Of a stretch of DNA of 32,000 nucleotides, positions 28,606-32,000 are shown piece by piece. The stretch's first letter is position 1, and each line of letters starts with the position of its first letter. The stretch spans positions 1,050,001 through 1,082,000 of the forward strand of contig NC_014408.1 of NCBI RefSeq assembly GCF_000145295.1, given 5' to 3'. Under the pieces are notes generated by a model. The model did not search any database. It had not been told where the DNA came from and saw nothing but the letters and a program-made list of their open reading frames with translations. The position numbers and the translations under genes were made by a program. The DNA comes from Methanothermobacter marburgensis str. Marburg. Its GTDB lineage: Archaea > Methanobacteriota > Methanobacteria > Methanobacteriales > Methanothermobacteraceae.

Positions 28606-28971
28606 ATGCCAATGGAGTTGATCTGGTTCTACATAGCACTCTTCCTTGCAATAAGTGATGAGATACACACGAGGATACTCTGGAATGTCTTCTTTGATTT
28701 CTACATACTTCTTGCCGGGATAATAAAGGAGACCGTCTCATCGAACATCCAGCTGTGGCTGGTCCATGAGGGTCTGGAGGCCCTCTTCCACTTCATAGTG
28801 CTGTCCCTTGTGTTTCTCTCATTTGAGATAGGGTTCCTCGCAGCCCTCATACACCTTGTTGTGGATCTTTACCATCAGCTGAGCGGGGTGGACCATGGAT
28901 GGCTGTATCACAGGGCCCTCCACTTCACCGTGGAATCGGTTTTCTTCATAATGGTCTTCTCTGCCCTCTAA
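28606..28971 (+). CDS. Small integral membrane protein, unknown function
   Basis: 121 aa with 3-4 hydrophobic helices and several conserved-looking His residues. The AAGGAGAG SD is 19 nt upstream, which is rather far, so the start is uncertain. Confidence 0.4.
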   Translation: MPMELIWFYIALFLAISDEIHTRILWNVFFDFYILLAGIIKETVSSNIQLWLVHEGLEALFHFIVLSLVFLSFEIGFLAALIHLVVDLYHQLSGVDHGWLYHRALHFTVESVFFIMVFSAL

Positions 28972-28988
28972 AAGGCCCGTTTCCTTTT
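28970..28988. terminator. Hairpin between convergent genes (bidirectional terminator candidate)
   Basis: AAAAGG-CCCGTTT-CCTTTT is a 6-bp stem with A/T runs on both flanks. It overlaps the stop of ORF 28606..28971. Confidence 0.4.
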
Positions 28989-28997
28989 AAAATAATT

Positions 28998-29846
28998 TTA
29001 TCCTGTTCTCCCCAGTGTCAGAGACCCTATGAATTTTGTGGTGGGTATCCGTGGGAGTGATGATGCTGCCACATATTTTCCAAGGAATATTATGTTATCG
29101 GGCCTTCCCCTGTTTCTTCCAAGGAGTCTGCCCCCATCAAAGGTTGCGTGCACCCTCAGAAGTGTGGAGTTTTCCCTGCTCAGGGTCTCGTAGAGAAGTA
29201 TGTTTCGCCTGTTGTATCCCCAGCGGTCTGTCCCTGCAGCATAAACCGCTGCCTTAAGGGGATTTTGACTCCAGCGTGAATAGTAGCCTCTCCTGTAATA
29301 GGATGGGCTGTTGGGTACACTTATGTACTCCCCATTCCGCAGCCTGAATACTGAGAGCCTTGAGTAGCCACTCCTGTAAATTGAAACCCCTACCTGACCA
29401 CCCGGGCCCCTTATAACAAAGTGTCCGAGGCCGAGTTTTCTCACGAGGCTGTGGGCCCTCTTCATATCATAGGATGTCACGTTACCGCGCCGGATGATGT
29501 CTCCCCCTATAGCCTCAAGGGCCCGGTTTATCCAGACTATATCGGGTCCGCCGGCCCCCATCATCCAGCCACCCTCTGAGATTATGGTGTGGAAGAAGTA
29601 TCCGTTGACGGTCTTGTATTCCTTCAGGGTTTCCCTGCCATTCCAGATCGTCTTCTGAATCCTGAGGGTGGCGGCATAGGTGGAATCCCTCCTGTAGGCA
29701 AAGACAGCGTCACTCTCATTAACATTAACCACCACCGAGCAGCAGTCAGAGTCCACCTCATGGTGATGGGTCCCTGATGACCCCCAGGTGCTCCAGCTGT
29801 TATTTGCAGGTGTCTGATTTACAGCGGCTGCTGATGCTGCACCCAT
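28998..29846 (-). CDS. Putative secreted Cys-Ntn hydrolase-like protein (choloylglycine hydrolase / C45-C59-like); true 5' end probably upstream across a frameshift
   Basis: ...DSDCCSVVVNVNESDAVFAYRRDSTY resembles the N-terminal nucleophile Cys-[ST] ... Arg ... Asp spacing of linear-amide Ntn hydrolases. An in-frame hydrophobic stretch lies upstream of the annotated ATG. Confidence 0.4.
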   Translation of the reverse strand: MGAASAAAVNQTPANNSWSTWGSSGTHHHEVDSDCCSVVVNVNESDAVFAYRRDSTYAATLRIQKTIWNGRETLKEYKTVNGYFFHTIISEGGWMMGAGGPDIVWINRALEAIGGDIIRRGNVTSYDMKRAHSLVRKLGLGHFVIRGPGGQVGVSIYRSGYSRLSVFRLRNGEYISVPNSPSYYRRGYYSRWSQNPLKAAVYAAGTDRWGYNRRNILLYETLSRENSTLLRVHATFDGGRLLGRNRGRPDNIIFLGKYVAASSLPRIPTTKFIGSLTLGRTG

Positions 29847-30012
29847 GAGAATCGCGATTACAAAAAATATAGCAAAAAAATGTGCTTCAACTTCACACCC
29901 CCTCTATGTATTCTGTTTCCTGGACTATATGAATTTTGAGATAGGGGGCGGGTTAATTATTTATTGGATACCCATGATAATTTGAACCATCATATTTACC
30001 GGAGAGATCACC

Positions 30013-31668
30013 ATGCCTGTTATAACGTTGGATTATGATGACCTGAAGGAACTGGGCATTGACATTGATAGAGAAAGGCTCATTGAAGTTCTGCCGATGA
30101 TGGGGAGTGACATTGAGGACTTTGATGATGAGGGTATTAAGGTTGAATTCTTCCCCAACCGCCCTGACCTCCTCTCGGTTGAGGGTGTTGCAAGGAGCCT
30201 CAGGGGATTTCTGGGGATTGAAACAGGCATGCCCAGTTATGATGTTCCTGAATCAGACATTGAGGTGACTGTTGATGAGTCTGTCCTCAATGTGAGGCCC
30301 CACCTTGGAATGGCTGTCATTGAAAATGTGAGATTCACAGATAAGAAGCTTAAACAGGTCATGGAGTTTCAGGAGGACCTCCACTGGGTTATCGGGCGTG
30401 ACCGGAAGAAGGTGGCCATTGGTATACATGACCTTGACCGTGTTGAGCCCCCCTTCGTCTACAGTGGAGTTGAACCTGAGGGTGTCACCTTCACCCCCCT
30501 TGAGAGTGTATGTGAAATGACACCCCGGGAGATACTGGAGGAGCACCCCAAGGGTGTGGCCTACGCACATCTCCTGAGGGACCATGAACGTTATCCCCTC
30601 ATAACCGATAAGAATGGAGATGTGCTCTCCCTCCCCCCCATAATAAACGGGGAACTCACCAAGTTAACCACAGAGACAGAGAGGATACTCGTTGATGTTA
30701 CAGGGACCGATGAGAGGGCAGTTAACCAGGCCCTGAACATCATATGCACATCATTTGCAGAGTCTGGTGGTGTCATAAGGTCAGTAACGGTGAGGCGCCC
30801 TGAATCTGAGTTAAGGCTCCCTGACCTCACACCAAAGGAGATGAGTGTCTCTGTATCAACAGCTTCACACATAACAGGCATTGAACTTGACGCTGCTGAG
30901 ATCAAAGAACTCCTCATGAAGGCCCGTATGGATGCATCCATCGTCTCCCCTGACGAGGTCCTTGCGGTTATCCCGGCCTACAGGGTGGACATCCTCCACG
31001 AGGTTGACCTTGTGGAGAACATAGCAACCCAGTACTGCATAGGGAGGATCGAACCCCTTATCCCTGAAGTTGCAACCATTGCAGAGGAGGATAACTGGAA
31101 CAGGGCCGATAAATTCATAAGGGATGTTATGGTGGGTCTGGGCTTCCAGGAGGTGATGAGCCTCATGCTGACAAGTGAGGAGAGCCACTACCAGAAGATG
31201 CGACTCGAGGAGGATGAAAGGGTGCAGGTTGCCCAGCCGATTTCACAGGATCGGACCATGATCCGCAAGAGCCTCCTGAATGGTCTCCTTGAATTCCTTG
31301 AGGATAACAGGCATGAGGACCTCCCCCAGAGAATATTCGAGGTTGGGGACGTGGTATACATTGATCCTAAAGCCGAGACCCGTACACGTACCGTGAAGAA
31401 ACTGGCATGTGCAATCACCCACTCAAGCGCGGGTTTCACCGAGATCAAGTCAATTGCAGCTGCAGTGGTTGAGAACCTTGGATATGAGTTCAGAGTGGAA
31501 CCCCTCGACCACCCATCATTCATAAGGGGGAGGTGTGCGTCCATTGAATCTGAGGGTGAATCATCGAGAATAAGAGGGTTCTTCGGTGAGGTTCACCCCG
31601 AGGTTGTGACAAACTTCAACCTCGAGTACCCTGTCATTGCCCTTGAAATTGAATTTGAGGAGAAGTGA
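30013..31668 (+). CDS. pheT: Phenylalanine--tRNA ligase beta subunit (archaeal type)
   Basis: [15 protein letters not shown]..., B3/4 and B5 domain patterns ([21 protein letters not shown], ...[19 protein letters not shown]...). The 551-aa length is typical of archaeal PheT. Confidence 0.9.
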   Translation: MPVITLDYDDLKELGIDIDRERLIEVLPMMGSDIEDFDDEGIKVEFFPNRPDLLSVEGVARSLRGFLGIETGMPSYDVPESDIEVTVDESVLNVRPHLGMAVIENVRFTDKKLKQVMEFQEDLHWVIGRDRKKVAIGIHDLDRVEPPFVYSGVEPEGVTFTPLESVCEMTPREILEEHPKGVAYAHLLRDHERYPLITDKNGDVLSLPPIINGELTKLTTETERILVDVTGTDERAVNQALNIICTSFAESGGVIRSVTVRRPESELRLPDLTPKEMSVSVSTASHITGIELDAAEIKELLMKARMDASIVSPDEVLAVIPAYRVDILHEVDLVENIATQYCIGRIEPLIPEVATIAEEDNWNRADKFIRDVMVGLGFQEVMSLMLTSEESHYQKMRLEEDERVQVAQPISQDRTMIRKSLLNGLLEFLEDNRHEDLPQRIFEVGDVVYIDPKAETRTRTVKKLACAITHSSAGFTEIKSIAAAVVENLGYEFRVEPLDHPSFIRGRCASIESEGESSRIRGFFGEVHPEVVTNFNLEYPVIALEIEFEEK

Positions 31669-31741
31669 ATATCAACAAGCTAAATCCCGATCAGTGGGTG
31701 TTGTGATCCTCCAGTAGGGGGAAAAAATAAATAACTGGGTT

Positions 31742-31761
31742 AGGGTTTACACAGAAACCCT
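31742..31761. terminator. Hairpin between convergent pheT and yjbQ-like genes
   Basis: AGGGTTT-ACACAG-AAACCCT is a perfect 7-bp stem. Confidence 0.35.
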
Positions 31762-31779
31762 GCCCCCAATAACCAACCT

Positions 31780-32000
31780 TCAGGGCTTACCAGCAACCGA
31801 AACCCTGATCTTCCTGTTTCTTGGTCCGTCAAGTTCAGCAAAGAATATGCTCTGCCATGTGCCCAGGTCCATCTTCCCGTTTACCACCGGAATAGTCTGG
31901 CTCCCACCAAGGAGCACGGCCCTCAGGTGGGAATCGGCATTGTTATCTATTACATTATGGCCATATGAACCACCTGAAGGCACCATACCTGAGAGCATTG
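31780..32000 (-). CDS. YjbQ/UPF0047-family protein (secondary thiamine-phosphate synthase type), C-terminal part; gene continues right of the window
   Basis: ...[45 protein letters not shown]... matches the conserved YjbQ C-terminal half. The frame is open to the window edge. Confidence 0.7.
   Translation of the reverse strand, partial: MLSGMVPSGGSYGHNVIDNNADSHLRAVLLGGSQTIPVVNGKMDLGTWQSIFFAELDGPRNRKIRVSVAGKP

Noticed and set aside
28599-28658. ATG 28599 lies 12 nt after the AAGGAGAG SD, which is better spacing than ATG 28606, and opens a 19-codon ORF in another frame.
   Set aside because: It terminates after 19 codons and overlaps the 121-aa membrane-protein frame. Without expression data it cannot be distinguished from chance. 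It is noted only because it makes the 28606 start uncertain.
29971-29995. Inverted repeat ATGAT-N12-ATCAT lies upstream of pheT.
   Set aside because: It has only 5 bp of AT-rich pairing, which would not be stable at thermophilic growth temperature. This is within chance expectation for an AT-rich promoter region.
1-32000. I looked for CRISPR arrays, IS elements or transposases, integrases, prophage or defence-island signatures, and strong compositional islands.
   Set aside because: There are no regularly spaced repeats with unique spacers and no transposase or integrase-like ORFs. No terminal inverted repeats flank any gene. Composition is fairly uniform apart from short AT-rich intergenic spacers. 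The window reads as a conserved core chromosome.

Overview
This window looks like a core chromosomal segment of a thermophilic methanogen of the Methanobacteriales, very Methanothermobacter-like. The basis is about 50% GC, GGAGGTGA-type Shine-Dalgarno sites, TTTATATA promoters about 25 nt upstream of starts, archaeal-type PheRS alpha and beta encoded 27 kb apart, and a methanogen-restricted proteasome-like protein. I cannot verify the species without a database search. About 31 tightly packed genes are supported. They include translation genes (pheS, pheT, valS, tRNA-Thr), shikimate genes (aroC, aroA) and hemB. A metal and oxidative-stress block holds a DUF255 thioredoxin-domain protein, a CopB-type P-type ATPase, rubrerythrin, desulfoferrodoxin and a VOC/glyoxalase protein. 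The rest are DNA-repair and nuclease genes (two HhH-GPD glycosylases and a RecJ-like DHH protein), transporters (ThrE-family exporter, cation/H+ antiporter, MFS) and several conserved unknowns. I saw no CRISPR array, IS element, integrase, toxin-antitoxin pair or recognisable defence genes, and no convincing new multi-gene system. The best leads are local oddities. Two genes are each split at a 7-nt A/T homopolymer, and in both a -1 slip or one extra base restores a sensible protein; one case reconstitutes a textbook signal peptide. There is a proteasome-beta/HslV-like 'Connectase'-type gene, and a secreted Cys-Ntn-hydrolase-like protein. A perfect 50-bp tandem duplication sits between two convergent gene ends. 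The antiporter leader has competing hairpins that could occlude the SD. The RecJ-like nuclease carries a complete DnaJ-type zinc-finger module. All functional calls rest on motif recognition from memory; no homology search was run.
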